DNA of 32,000 nt from Vibrio cholerae ATCC 14035 (GCF_000621645.1 NZ_JHXR01000001.1:362437-394436), one strand, 5' to 3'; positions 1 through 9,638 are shown, counted from the first letter of the stretch. The notes: generated from the letters alone by a model not told the origin. Numbers and translations: made by a program.

Positions 1-1066
1 CTGCACTCTTAACGCCGATAGTCTGCTGAGTCGTAGGTGGGATGATGGCAAATTTAAAATCGGCAACTGGGATCGGATATTGTTCACACCCTTCAATGAC
101 TTCAGGCTTAAGGCGTAGTTGTTCAAGTGGCTTATGTTTGAACTGAGTACATGCCACCAATTCATCAATATCCATGTATTTTGGTGTTAAACCCGCGCGC
201 AACACGTTGTCGGAGTTGGCCATAATCTCAAGGCCTGTTCCGTGTAAATACGCGTGCGGCGTTTCTGCGTCTAAAAACATCGCTTCACCTGGTTGTAAGG
301 TAATCACATTGAGCATCAGAGGAGCGAATAAACCAATGTCATTGGGATATTGGTTTTCCAATTCGACGATCAGCTGGAAAAGAGGCAGATCAATCTGCTT
401 AGCTTGAGCCATCAAAGCTTCAAGCGCACGGTTTTTGGCTTCTCCCTGTAATGAGAGTAACCCTGAGAAAAAGTCTCTGAGCCCTTGTTCTGTCGGATTT
501 GATTGGAATACGTTAACGAGAGGCTGGATCTCATCTATCGATAACTCAATAAAGTAGTTAAGGATTTCCTGATTGGCACGAAAGCCGTTCATTGCTTGGT
601 ACTCGGTGAGCGCATAAACCAATTCGGGTTTGTGATTGGGGTCTTTGTAATTTCGTTGAGCAGCCGTGAGCGCAATGCCTAATTGTTCCTCTTGGGCGAA
701 ACCTCGTTCCGCTTGCTGTTTGTTCGGATGGACCTGAATGGAGAGGGCTTTTTCCGCCGCCAAAATTTTAAACAAATAAGGGAGTTCGCCGAACTGCCGC
801 GCGGTATATTCACCCAAAATCAAGTTTGGATTTTGCGCAATAAAGTCGGAAAGTTGAACGATTTTGCCGTTAATGGCTATACCGGAGCAGCCATTAGGAT
901 GAGCGCCCATCCATAGCTCTGCTTGGGGGTCATCGTTTGGGTTTTCGAGTTCAAACAACTGCTGCAAAGCGGTTTTACTGCCCCATGCGTAGTTTTGGAT
1001 AGGGTTGGTCATCGGGAAGAATACTGCCTCTGGTAGGGCTGCATCCTGAGTCGGAATCTGAGTCAT
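1..1066 (-). CDS. manA: Mannose-6-phosphate isomerase, class I (N-terminal ~355 aa; C-terminus runs off the left window edge)
   Basis: Own minus-strand translation from ATG (1066-1064): MTQIPTQDAALPEAVFFPMTNPIQNYAWGS..ELWMGAHPNG..SIQVHPNKQQAE..YKDPNHKPE..HAYLHGTGLEIMANSDNVLRAGLTPKY. These are hallmark type I PMI motifs. Absent from the ORF track because no stop lies in the window. Confidence 0.93.
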   Translation of the reverse strand, partial: MTQIPTQDAALPEAVFFPMTNPIQNYAWGSKTALQQLFELENPNDDPQAELWMGAHPNGCSGIAINGKIVQLSDFIAQNPNLILGEYTARQFGELPYLFKILAAEKALSIQVHPNKQQAERGFAQEEQLGIALTAAQRNYKDPNHKPELVYALTEYQAMNGFRANQEILNYFIELSIDEIQPLVNVFQSNPTEQGLRDFFSGLLSLQGEAKNRALEALMAQAKQIDLPLFQLIVELENQYPNDIGLFAPLMLNVITLQPGEAMFLDAETPHAYLHGTGLEIMANSDNVLRAGLTPKYMDIDELVACTQFKHKPLEQLRLKPEVIEGCEQYPIPVADFKFAIIPPTTQQTIGVKSA

Positions 1067-1127
1067 TGTCGTCACCGTTAGAAAGATGGCTTGAGTGGAA
1101 CCTCAAGCCATAACGAGGAAGGGAGAA

Positions 1128-3029
1128 TTAAGCCGCAGCGGCTTCAAACTTTTGTGAGCGGATTTTTTTGAGCGTCACACAGGTGATGGCGGTGACACCC
1201 GCACCAGCCGCCATACAAAGTAGGGCAAGCAGTGGGTAGTTCATTGCGCCAAGCAGGGCGACTACGGGGCCACCGTGAGCCACACTGTTGGTGATGCCAA
1301 AAGAGAATGCCATGACAGCGGCAACCATAGAGCCCAACACGTTGGCTGGAATGACTGACATTGGGTCTTGCGCCGCAAAAGGAATCGCGCCTTCAGAGAT
1401 ACCGACTAAGCCCATTGCGCCTGCGGCTTTACCTGCTTCAAGCTCAGAAGACTCAAACAGTTCGAGCTTACGACCCATCGCTGTTGCGAGTGCCATACCA
1501 AGTGGTGCAACGGGAATCGCACAGGCCATCGCACCCATAAATTGAGTTTGGCCGCTGGCAATCATGCCTACAGAGAATAGGAAAGCGACTTTGTTGAATG
1601 GGCCTCCCATATCAAAGCCTGCCATGCCACCGAGTACGATGCCGAGCAGAATAACGTTGCCGGAACTCATGCTAGTCAGTAGAGCAGTGAGGCCATCCAT
1701 CAGGCTCGCAATGGGAGCGCCAATAACGAAAATGAACAGACCAGCGATGAACAGCGATGCCGTGATCGGCGCGATCATGATCGGCACTAGGGGTTGGATA
1801 AACTTGTGATAGTTAATGGAAGTAATCCACTTCACGAAATAACCGACCAAGAGACCCGCAATGATGGCACCGATAAACCCTGTACCTGCGTCAGCACCAT
1901 AAAAAGAGCCGTTATTGGCAATCCAGCCACCAATCAAACCGGGAGAGAGCGCAGGGCGATCGGCAATGGCGTAGGCGATGTAGCCGGCAAGGATGGGAAT
2001 CATCAAGGTAAAGGCCACTACGCCCACTTCAAGGATTTGGTTCCACATACTGCCCGCTGGAATGGCCATACCCGCTTCAGTTGGCTCACCACCCACCGCG
2101 AGAGCCAGTGCAATTAAAAGCCCGCCAGTTACCACAAATGGGATCATGTGCGAAACGCCATTCATCAAAAAGCGATACAAATCCGAGCGAGCTTGTGAGG
2201 CTTTGTTTGCCACCGATTGAGCCTTAACCGTTTCAGCTTGATAAGTTGGCGCCCTTAGCGCTTCATTAATCAGCTTTTGTGCATCACGAATTGGCGCTTT
2301 CACATTTGTTTTGATGAGGCGTTTGCCGGCAAAGCGTGCCATGTCGACTTGTTTATCACAGGCGACCACAATCGCTTCAGCGCGTTCAATTTCTTCCGCA
2401 CTTGGGCTATTTTTCACCCCAATCGAGCCATTGGTTTCCACTTTGATCTCAAAACCCAAAGCCGCCGCGCCTTTTTCCAGTGCTTCAGCCGCAAGGTAAG
2501 TGTGAGCAATACCTGCCGGGCAACCGGTAACACCGATAATCAGCCCTTTGCTTTCTGCTTGGTTTGCAAGAGGTGTAGGCGCGGATTTTTTCAGCAGTAA
2601 TTCTAGTGCTTGCTCTGAGTTTTTGGTGTTGAGAAAAGCCTCGATAAAACCTTCTTCAATCAGTTTGGAAGAGAGTTCGGCCAGCACTTCAATGTGGTGG
2701 TTATCGCCGCCATCGGGGGAGGCGATCATGAAAAAAAGCTTGGAAGGCAAACCATCTTCTGCGCCATAGTCGATACCCTCTCGGCTGACACCAATTGCAA
2801 CAGCTGGTTGAGTCACCGCTGCACTTTTAGCATGCGGAATAGCGACACCATCTTCAAATCCGGTATTACCTAACTCTTCACGAGCTTGAATATCTTTTAA
2901 GAATGCCGCTTTATCTGAAATTCGCCCTTGGGCATGTAGAATATTTATCAGTTCTTCAAATACGGCTTGTTTGGAATTCGCTTGCAGATCAAGCTGAATT
3001 AAATCGGCATTAATCAATTGGTTGATCAT
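1128..3029 (-). CDS. PTS fructose/mannose-family permease, fused EIIA-EIIB-EIIC (633 aa)
   Basis: N-terminal EIIA type 2 (GVAIPHAKS active-site His). Middle EIIB-Fru (GVTGCPAGIAHTYLAAEALEKGA, Cys phosphorylation site). C-terminal polytopic EIIC (FDMGGPFNKVAF, GISEGAIPFAA). AGAGG Shine-Dalgarno upstream of the start. Confidence 0.93.
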   Translation of the reverse strand: MINQLINADLIQLDLQANSKQAVFEELINILHAQGRISDKAAFLKDIQAREELGNTGFEDGVAIPHAKSAAVTQPAVAIGVSREGIDYGAEDGLPSKLFFMIASPDGGDNHHIEVLAELSSKLIEEGFIEAFLNTKNSEQALELLLKKSAPTPLANQAESKGLIIGVTGCPAGIAHTYLAAEALEKGAAALGFEIKVETNGSIGVKNSPSAEEIERAEAIVVACDKQVDMARFAGKRLIKTNVKAPIRDAQKLINEALRAPTYQAETVKAQSVANKASQARSDLYRFLMNGVSHMIPFVVTGGLLIALALAVGGEPTEAGMAIPAGSMWNQILEVGVVAFTLMIPILAGYIAYAIADRPALSPGLIGGWIANNGSFYGADAGTGFIGAIIAGLLVGYFVKWITSINYHKFIQPLVPIMIAPITASLFIAGLFIFVIGAPIASLMDGLTALLTSMSSGNVILLGIVLGGMAGFDMGGPFNKVAFLFSVGMIASGQTQFMGAMACAIPVAPLGMALATAMGRKLELFESSELEAGKAAGAMGLVGISEGAIPFAAQDPMSVIPANVLGSMVAAVMAFSFGITNSVAHGGPVVALLGAMNYPLLALLCMAAGAGVTAITCVTLKKIRSQKFEAAAA

Positions 3030-3400
3030 AGAGACCTCTGTACATTTTATTTTTATGTCAGAGTTATTCTTTAATTTTTTTATTTTTCTTATTAGTGCAG
3101 AAATAAAACATTCACTAGAGGATTGTAACTCTATTGGTTTGGTGTGATTTAGATCTCGTAGCGTCTATTGGGGTAGTGAGGCCAATTTTAAGTAATGATT
3201 GTAGGTTTAACTCATTAATTTTCATTTAGTTATATTATGTTTGTTGTTATTCATGGTGGAGGTTTGTGCTAGAGAATTGGTGTTAAAACTGGATTATTGT
3301 ATCATTCTGTCTTGAGTGTGATGTTGCTCAAAGAGACTCAATGGCATTCGGGGTATATCTGACGTTAATAAAAGTGCGATGACGAAGTGAGGGTTTACAT

Positions 3401-4240
3401 ATGATATTTGATGATTTGATTTCCTCGGTGCTTAATGAGCGTGAATCATTTCATCATATTTGGTTTGCGGGTGATTTTCATACACCGCCTGAATTCAGTT
3501 ATCAGGTGAATTTTCCACGCTTAGAATTGGTCTTAGGTGGAGAGTATATAAATGAAATGGAAAGTCATGACCGTAAAGTCACGAAAATAATTGCCAAAGC
3601 CGGAGATGCGATTTTTATTCCCGCTAACTGTTGGAATAAACCGAACTGGGATACCGATTGCTCAGTGTTGAGCATGTTATTTGGACGCCGCCAACTAGGA
3701 CTGAGTTTTGTCAGTAAGCGCAAAGGCGAAGCCAACTTTTATGATATTCAAAAGCACAGTATCCAAACGCGCTCAGGGTTTGCTATTGATAACATCTTAG
3801 AAGCGCTCAGCTCATTGGCGCGTGAGAATTATAAAAAACCGATGGATGAGCTGTTGCTGCAAGCTCTCCTTCAATATACCCAGACGATGTTGAATGCGCC
3901 GACAGAGCAGCCACAAAACCGAGTGCAGGATCTCTACCAAGGGATCTGTATCTATATCCAAGAGAATTTTCACCGCCCGATCACGCGAGAAAGTATTGCT
4001 TCGCGTTTTAGTATCTCTGCCAACCATTTATCGAGGCTGTTTCGCCAGCAAGGGCATATGACCTTGGCCGATTACATTACGTGGGTCAGGGTTGATAGAG
4101 CAAAATTTATGCTGAAAAAGTACAATTTTAAGCTCAATGAAGTGTCGCTACGTTGTGGGTTTAAAGATGTGAATTACTTCTGCCGCGTTTTCAAAAATCG
4201 TACAGGCCGTACACCAACGGATTATCGTGCTTCAATTTAA
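3401..4240 (+). CDS. AraC-family transcriptional regulator (cupin-like N-terminus, AraC-type HTH C-terminus)
   Basis: C-terminal ...ESIASRFSISANHLSRLFRQ...LNEVSLRCGFKDVNYFCRVFKNRTGRTPTDYR is a typical AraC/XylS double HTH. GTGAGGG SD lies 7 nt before the ATG. Divergent from the EIIABC gene across a 370-bp AT-rich region. Confidence 0.9.
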   Translation: MIFDDLISSVLNERESFHHIWFAGDFHTPPEFSYQVNFPRLELVLGGEYINEMESHDRKVTKIIAKAGDAIFIPANCWNKPNWDTDCSVLSMLFGRRQLGLSFVSKRKGEANFYDIQKHSIQTRSGFAIDNILEALSSLARENYKKPMDELLLQALLQYTQTMLNAPTEQPQNRVQDLYQGICIYIQENFHRPITRESIASRFSISANHLSRLFRQQGHMTLADYITWVRVDRAKFMLKKYNFKLNEVSLRCGFKDVNYFCRVFKNRTGRTPTDYRASI

Positions 4241-5011
4241 CAGGCGTGACATCGCGTACATCAGTAGAGCTTGTAAATCAACGCCGCTGCGTGTCAGTAG
4301 TAAACGTTCTACCATTTGATCGCACAGTAAATTTCGGGTCAGGTTGGTTGCGGTAATGATTTGATCTCGATTGGGCTTACTCGGCATCACCAAAGCAATC
4401 GCTAAATGCACCTCTCCCATTTGAGAGGCCCAATCCATCGCCTCATCATTCTTAATAACGGCAACCGCAATGTGTTCTATGTCTGCAAACATCACATGGG
4501 GAATAGCAATCCCAGGAGCTACGCAGGTGGAAGAGCGTTCTTCACGTTTGATAAAAGCCAAAATCAACTCATCGGGTGAAACGGGGTAGATCAGTTGCGC
4601 TAACCCTTTCAAACACTCAAATTTGGTGAGTTCAGTGTGGGCTTTGGCATAGTGCCATTTGACCTCACTCGGCGGGCATATTTGTGGCAGGCGTTCGGCG
4701 AGCAGGCTAGAGAACTCATAGTTGATTTTGGAGCCCACGACAGTGTAATGCGCAGAAAGCATGTCTTTAATCACGAAACAGGCGAGTTCAGCATCAATAC
4801 CGATGGCGGTGATTTGGCATAAATCACCTTCTTGTAATCCCACCTGCAATACCGCGAGAGATTTGGTGAGTTCAGCACTGCGGTTTCTGGTGATGTTGAT
4901 GATATGCAGGGTGCTTTTGAACTTACGCGCAACGCGAGACAGCGGTTGGGCAACATGGACGCTGGCATTCACATCATTCACCAAGAAGGTGACTTGGAAT
5001 TCATGCATCAT
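4232..5011 (-). CDS. HPr-like domain fused to PTS EIIA type-2 (Fru/Ntr-type) domain (259 aa)
   Basis: Residues ~5-90 align by eye with HPr (..SVHVAQP.. / KSLAVLQVGLQEGD..ITAIGIDAE). Residues ~110-259 are an EIIA-2 domain (GIAIPHV active-site His). The start lies 8 nt after the stop of the upstream EIIB gene. Confidence 0.85.
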   Translation of the reverse strand: MMHEFQVTFLVNDVNASVHVAQPLSRVARKFKSTLHIINITRNRSAELTKSLAVLQVGLQEGDLCQITAIGIDAELACFVIKDMLSAHYTVVGSKINYEFSSLLAERLPQICPPSEVKWHYAKAHTELTKFECLKGLAQLIYPVSPDELILAFIKREERSSTCVAPGIAIPHVMFADIEHIAVAVIKNDEAMDWASQMGEVHLAIALVMPSKPNRDQIITATNLTRNLLCDQMVERLLLTRSGVDLQALLMYAMSRLLN

Positions 5012-5019
5012 GCCAAGGA

Positions 5020-5319
5020 TCAGCGACAGTGGACGAGAAAGACTTTATCGACATTGAGTAGCACTTCTTCGATCGAGAGCTTCACCACCTTCATCCCTTC
5101 AAATCGTGCAGGCTGTTCGATGTCGATATCGGAGACGATCAACACCTTATCGGCATGGGAGAGGTCATAAGGTGTGAGAGGATTCTCGATACCCATCGCA
5201 CCTTGAGTTTCCACTTTGATCTGCACATTGTACTTTGGTGCGGCTTTGGTCAAAGCATCGGCCGCCATATAAGTATGAGCAATGCCCGTTGGGCAGGCGG
5301 TGACCGCAACAATTTTCAT
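5020..5319 (-). CDS. Stand-alone PTS EIIB, fructose type (99 aa)
   Basis: MKIVAVTACPTGIAHTYMAADAL..KVETQG is the EIIB-Fru signature with the catalytic Cys. GAGGGA SD upstream. Confidence 0.9.
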   Translation of the reverse strand: MKIVAVTACPTGIAHTYMAADALTKAAPKYNVQIKVETQGAMGIENPLTPYDLSHADKVLIVSDIDIEQPARFEGMKVVKLSIEEVLLNVDKVFLVHCR

Positions 5320-5535
5320 GGAAATCCCTCATTGTTATTTTTGCGGCGATAGTAACATAGCGCTTGGCAAATACTCCGTTTTCGGCCAAGACCCAGTTCA
5401 CAGTTCAAATCGAATGTTACATTAATCCAGTTATTGCATCTTTTGTCCTGTGTCTTGAAAGAGTATCGCTCGTTACTCTAGCGAGGCGCATCGGTATGGC
5501 AATGCCAATTCAAACAACAGTAAGGTAAAACAATT

Positions 5536-7401
5536 GTGGATATTACCCATCTGATCGAACCTGAAATCATCTGTTTAGATCTAAAAGCCAATAACAAAGA
5601 AGATGTTCTGATTGAGCTGGTTGAGTTGCTCGATAACGCAGGAAAGTTGACCGATAAGCAGCAATTTTTAAACGACATTTGGCGACGAGAAGAGATCGGA
5701 AATACAGGGTTTGAAGAAGGAATAGCCATTCCACACGCCAAAAGTGCTGCGGTGGCGTTGCCTGCAGTCGTCGTGGGTATTAGCCGCCAAGGGATCGATT
5801 ACGGTGCAGAAGATGGTCAGCTTTCTGATGTGTTTTTTATGCTGGCATCACCGGATGGAGAAGATCATCACCACATTGAAGTATTGGCACAAATCTCCAG
5901 TAAATTGATTGAAGAGGGATTTGTTGAACAGCTCAAAGCCGCAGAAAGTGTTGAGCAGGCACTCGCCCTTTTTATTCACCCACAGCACTCAACATTAAGC
6001 TCTACACAGGTAATGGATTATGCCGATTACCAGCCGCTAAGCCCAATGGCACAAAGATTAGCTCGCGTTAAAGAGCATCTATTATTTGGTACCTCTCACA
6101 TGATGCCGTTTATCGTGGCGGGTGGGGTATTACTCTCGCTTTCAGTGATGATGTCTGGTCACGGAGCGGTGCCAGAAGAGGGCGTGTTGGCGGATATCGC
6201 TCAAATGGGTATTGCCGGTTTAACCCTATTTACGGTGGTATTGGGTGGTTATATCGCTTACTCGATGGCAGATAAACCCGGTTTGGCCCCCGGCATGATT
6301 GGCACCTGGATTGCGATAAACCAATATCAAACCGGCTTTATTGGCGCGATCATCGTGGGTTTTTTTGCAGGCTTTGTGGTTCGTCAGCTGAAAAGAATCG
6401 CTCTCCCCGACAGCATGAGTTCGCTGGGTTCCATCTTCATCTATCCGCTGGTGGGGACGTTTGTAACCTGTGGTGCTGTGATGTGGTTAATCGGTGCACC
6501 GATTGCCAGCAGTATGCTGTGGCTCAATCAATTTTTGGCATCGATGGCCGATTCCGGCAAAGTGGTGCTCGGAGCGGTATTGGGGGCGATGACTGCCTTT
6601 GACATGGGCGGCCCAATCAATAAAGTCGCCACGCTGTTTGCCCAAACTCAAGTCAACACCCAACCTTGGCTAATGGGTGGGGTGGGGATTGCCATTTGTA
6701 CCCCACCATTGGGGATGGCGCTTGCGACCTTATTGTCACCAAGTAAATTCAAACGGGATGAACGTGAAGCCGGAAAAGCGGCAGGCATCATGGGTATGAT
6801 TGGCATTAGTGAAGGGGCGATTCCGTTTGCCGCCGCTGATCCCGCGCGCGTACTCCCTGCAATTATTGCGGGTGGTATTGTTGGCAACGTGATTGGTTTT
6901 CTCTTTCAAGTGCTCAATCATGCCCCTTGGGGCGGTTGGATTGTGCTGCCCGTTGTGGACGGCAAGTTAGGGTATATTCTTGGCACTATCGCCGGTGCAT
7001 TAGCCACGGCACTGATTGCTATTGCCCTGAAGAAAACGGTGCATGAGCAGGACAATGAGCAGGGGCAGTCACTTGCTTTTTCATCGGTTATTGGAGAAGG
7101 GCAAGCCGACATTCTTGCCGTCACCTCGTGCCCTTCTGGCGTTGCTCATACGTTTTTAGCGGCTAAATCACTTGAAAAAGCCGCCTGTCTGGCGGGAGTG
7201 AAAATCAAAGTAGAAACACAAGGCGCCAACGGTATCATCAATCGAATCACGGCCAAAGATGTGCAACGAGCGAAGCTGGTGATCTTTGCGCACGATGTGG
7301 CGATTAAAGAACCAGAACGCTTCAAGCACATTAAAGTCATTGACGTGACAACGAAAGACGCGATTTTAAATGCCGCGGCATTGGTGCAGATAAAGCGATA
7401 A
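5536..7401 (+). CDS. PTS fructose-family permease, domain order EIIA-EIIC-EIIB (621 aa, GTG start)
   Basis: N-terminal EIIA-2 (GIAIPHAKS). Central EIIC (FDMGGPINKVATLFAQTQV, GISEGAIPFAA). C-terminal EIIB (AVTSCPSGVAHTFLAAKSLEKA, KVETQG). Confidence 0.92.
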   Translation: MDITHLIEPEIICLDLKANNKEDVLIELVELLDNAGKLTDKQQFLNDIWRREEIGNTGFEEGIAIPHAKSAAVALPAVVVGISRQGIDYGAEDGQLSDVFFMLASPDGEDHHHIEVLAQISSKLIEEGFVEQLKAAESVEQALALFIHPQHSTLSSTQVMDYADYQPLSPMAQRLARVKEHLLFGTSHMMPFIVAGGVLLSLSVMMSGHGAVPEEGVLADIAQMGIAGLTLFTVVLGGYIAYSMADKPGLAPGMIGTWIAINQYQTGFIGAIIVGFFAGFVVRQLKRIALPDSMSSLGSIFIYPLVGTFVTCGAVMWLIGAPIASSMLWLNQFLASMADSGKVVLGAVLGAMTAFDMGGPINKVATLFAQTQVNTQPWLMGGVGIAICTPPLGMALATLLSPSKFKRDEREAGKAAGIMGMIGISEGAIPFAAADPARVLPAIIAGGIVGNVIGFLFQVLNHAPWGGWIVLPVVDGKLGYILGTIAGALATALIAIALKKTVHEQDNEQGQSLAFSSVIGEGQADILAVTSCPSGVAHTFLAAKSLEKAACLAGVKIKVETQGANGIINRITAKDVQRAKLVIFAHDVAIKEPERFKHIKVIDVTTKDAILNAAALVQIKR

Positions 7402-7433
7402 CATTCTGAATCACTACACTTGAGATAGAAAAT

Positions 7434-7456
7434 GAGCCCTTTGGGGGAAAGGGCTC
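7434..7456 (-). terminator. Hairpin between convergent PTS genes (GAGCCCTTT-GGGGG-AAAGGGCTC)
   Basis: Perfect 9-bp stem. On the minus strand it is followed by ATTTTCT, so it fits best as the terminator of the 7476..8879 gene. There is no T-run on the plus strand. Confidence 0.6.
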
Positions 7457-7475
7457 TGGGGGAGGAGCTTAAGGT

Positions 7476-8879
7476 TTAAGCTTGGATAAGTTCGGCGGCT
7501 TTTTTCATCGCCTCCTTGGTCGAGCATTCGATGACTTTCGCGTTGGCAAAGCGGTGAGCATCTTTCACTTGGATATCGTGAGCGAGGATAACTAGCTTCG
7601 CGTTTGCGACATCTAGGTCAGTGATGCGGTTTTTAATGCCATTTTGACCTTGCGTTTCGACTTTGATTTTGCTGCCAGCGGCTGCGCCTGCTTTCTCAAG
7701 TGCTTTGGCTGCCATGAAAGTGTGTGCTACACCAGATGGGCAACAGGTGACAGCAACGATATCGTACTCGCCTTCGCCGGCTGCTGGAGCCGCTTGAGCT
7801 TGCGTTGGTGCAGCTTCTGCGATTTCGTCTTCCACTTCTTCTTCCGCGACTGGTTTCCAGAAGCCAACGATGAGTGCAGTGGTGAGTGAGCCTAGTGCGA
7901 TACCTACAACGTACATTGGAATGTTGCTTGATACCGGTGCTGTGATGAGACCGCCCCAAGGAGCATGAAGCAGAACGTTAGTCAGGAAGCCAAACACACA
8001 GCCAACGATACCACCAGCAACGATGGAAGGAAGCACGCGCATTGGGTCATTTGCTGCGAATGGGATAGCGCCTTCAGAGATACCGATAGAACCCATGATT
8101 GCTGCTGCTTTACCTGCTTCTTGTTCTTGTTTGGTGAATTTTTTCTTGAACAGGAACGTGGCTAGCGCCATGCCGAGAGGAGGCGTACAGATTGCGATGC
8201 CCACACCACCCATTAGCCATGGTTGAGTATCCACTTGAGTTTGAGCGAATAGCGTTGCGACCTTGTTGATTGGACCGCCCATATCGAATGCCGTCATACC
8301 ACCAAGAATCGCACCTAACACCACTTTAGAAGCGCCAGCCATAGAAGCTAGGAATTCGTTCATAGACGCCATGAACAGTTTGATTGGCTCACCGATACCC
8401 CATAAAACGATGCCTGCGGAGATAAGTGTACCGATAAGTGGGTAGATGAAGTAAGCGCCCAACGCAGTCATGTTAGCCGAAAGAGGGATCTTCTTAAGTT
8501 GGAATACCACACCACCGGCGATGAAGCCCGCTACGATACAACCAAGGAAACCGCCGCCCATATCCGCCATGATGCCAGAAGAGATCATCGCTGGCGCAAG
8601 AGCTGGTTTGTCTGCAATGGAATAACCGATGAAACCACCCAAAATAATCGGGAACAGCACCAGACCTTTAATACCGATATTGGAAATATCCGCTAATAAG
8701 CCATCGGCAGGAACGGCACCTTTGCCGGATGCCATTACCGCAAGTGCCAATAATACGCCGCCAGCAACAATAAATGGCAACATATGTGAGGTGCCAAATA
8801 AAAGGTGGCCTTTCATGGTACTGAGGAGTTTTTTGAAATTGCTACTATTATTGGTAGCTTGAGCGGTTAGGGTACTCAT
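7476..8879 (-). CDS. PTS fructose-family permease EIIC-EIIB (467 aa)
   Basis: Close paralogue of the EIIC-EIIB part of 5536..7401, with long identical peptides such as FDMGGPINKVATLFAQTQV.TQPWLMGGVGIAICTPPLGMALAT. C-terminal EIIB AVTCCPSGVAHTFMAAKALEKA. Confidence 0.93.
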   Translation of the reverse strand: MSTLTAQATNNSSNFKKLLSTMKGHLLFGTSHMLPFIVAGGVLLALAVMASGKGAVPADGLLADISNIGIKGLVLFPIILGGFIGYSIADKPALAPAMISSGIMADMGGGFLGCIVAGFIAGGVVFQLKKIPLSANMTALGAYFIYPLIGTLISAGIVLWGIGEPIKLFMASMNEFLASMAGASKVVLGAILGGMTAFDMGGPINKVATLFAQTQVDTQPWLMGGVGIAICTPPLGMALATFLFKKKFTKQEQEAGKAAAIMGSIGISEGAIPFAANDPMRVLPSIVAGGIVGCVFGFLTNVLLHAPWGGLITAPVSSNIPMYVVGIALGSLTTALIVGFWKPVAEEEVEDEIAEAAPTQAQAAPAAGEGEYDIVAVTCCPSGVAHTFMAAKALEKAGAAAGSKIKVETQGQNGIKNRITDLDVANAKLVILAHDIQVKDAHRFANAKVIECSTKEAMKKAAELIQA

Positions 8880-8890
8880 AATTTCACGCC

Positions 8891-9331
8891 TTATGATTGA
8901 ATTGAAATATTAAGGATCTGATGTTCATTTTTTGCGTTATGAATATCTTCAATAAATTCTTCGCTAAATTTTCCGAATAATTCTTGAAGAACATAAATAT
9001 GGTGGTCTGCGCCGTTGTCGGGAGAGGCAATCATGAAGAATACGGTCGGTTTGATGCCTTCTTCATCTCCATATTCAATGCCTTCGTGCTTTACACCAAC
9101 AGCGATGGCAGGTTTTGTAACGGCTTTACTTTTTGAGTGTGGGTAGGCGATGCCGTCCATTGACGTGACACTTAATCTTTCACGTATTTCAATGTCGTTT
9201 AAAAAATCCTCTTTGTTACTGATGCGGTTATTCTCAAGTAACATTTGCGCCAATTCTGCAAAAACTTCATTTTTACTATTTGCTTGAAGATTGCCTTTAA
9301 TTAAATGGATGTTGGTGAGCTCGGTGATCAT
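8891..9331 (-). CDS. PTS EIIA type-2, fructose family (146 aa)
   Basis: ..GIAYPHSKSKAVTKPAIAVGV..FFMIASPD..HHIYVLQEL is EIIA-2 with the active-site His. It lies 11 nt upstream of the EIICB gene, so probably in one operon. Confidence 0.9.
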   Translation of the reverse strand: MITELTNIHLIKGNLQANSKNEVFAELAQMLLENNRISNKEDFLNDIEIRERLSVTSMDGIAYPHSKSKAVTKPAIAVGVKHEGIEYGDEEGIKPTVFFMIASPDNGADHHIYVLQELFGKFSEEFIEDIHNAKNEHQILNISIQS

Positions 9332-9598
9332 TTATTGGCTCATAAAGTATTTAACTGATGAGCTAAAATTAATGGATGTCGAGTTTTACTGAAATAGCAA
9401 AAATAATTCACTCACTATAGATTTGTACCACACATGATTAAGTGTGATATTCATCGTTATATATCTTTCCTTCTTGAAGTGGCAGCGGTGTTGGCTACGT
9501 TCGTTCACCTCAATCACATCGTTTATCTATGCTCATCGGGATTAACTAACAGGCTGTTTCCCTACAACGCCAATTCGTAAAAACATTGGAATGGATCC

Positions 9599-9638
9599 AA
9601 AATGAAAAACCCAGCTTCGCTGAAACGAGGCTGGGTTT
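9599..9638 (-). terminator. Rho-independent terminator downstream of the aldehyde dehydrogenase gene
   Basis: On the minus strand: AAACCCAGCCTCG-TTTCAG-CGAAGCTGGGTTT followed by TTCATTTT. The stem is 13 bp with one G-U pair. Confidence 0.8.

Noticed and set aside
1288-2769. Plus-strand ORFs of 62-107 aa (1288..1545, 1564..1809, 1794..2117, 1993..2220, 2277..2600, 2311..2499, 2548..2769) inside the EIIABC gene
   Set aside because: They lie entirely antisense to a well-supported 633-aa gene. Their compositions are Ala/Pro/Ser/Arg-rich, typical of shadow frames, and they have no SD sequences.
3143-3332. CRP-like sites in the EIIABC/AraC divergent region (TGTGATTTAGATCTCG at 3143-3158; TGTGATGTTGCTCAAA at 3317-3332)
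   Set aside because: Only one half-site is good in each and the second halves are weak (TCTCG, TCAAA). They are plausible but cannot be supported without a scoring matrix or experiment.
6648-8862. Antisense ORFs within the two EIIC-containing genes (for example 6648..6887, 6918..7124, 7146..7340, 7644..7889, 7696..7959, 8023..8226, 8263..8445, 8629..8862)
   Set aside because: These are shadow ORFs opposite strongly supported PTS genes, with no independent coding signal.
9427-9447. Inverted repeat CACAC-ATGATTAA-GTGTG upstream of the EIIA gene, considered as a CRP site
   Set aside because: The half-sites are in the reverse arrangement (TCACA...TGTGA rather than TGTGA...TCACA), so it does not fit CRP. 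It is left uninterpreted.
9480-9497. Sigma-54-like sequence TGGCAGCGGTGTTGGC on the plus strand
   Set aside because: The -12 element reads TTGG instead of TTGC. It would also fire antisense into the 3' end of the ALDH gene. The related copy at 11260 lacks any -12 element.
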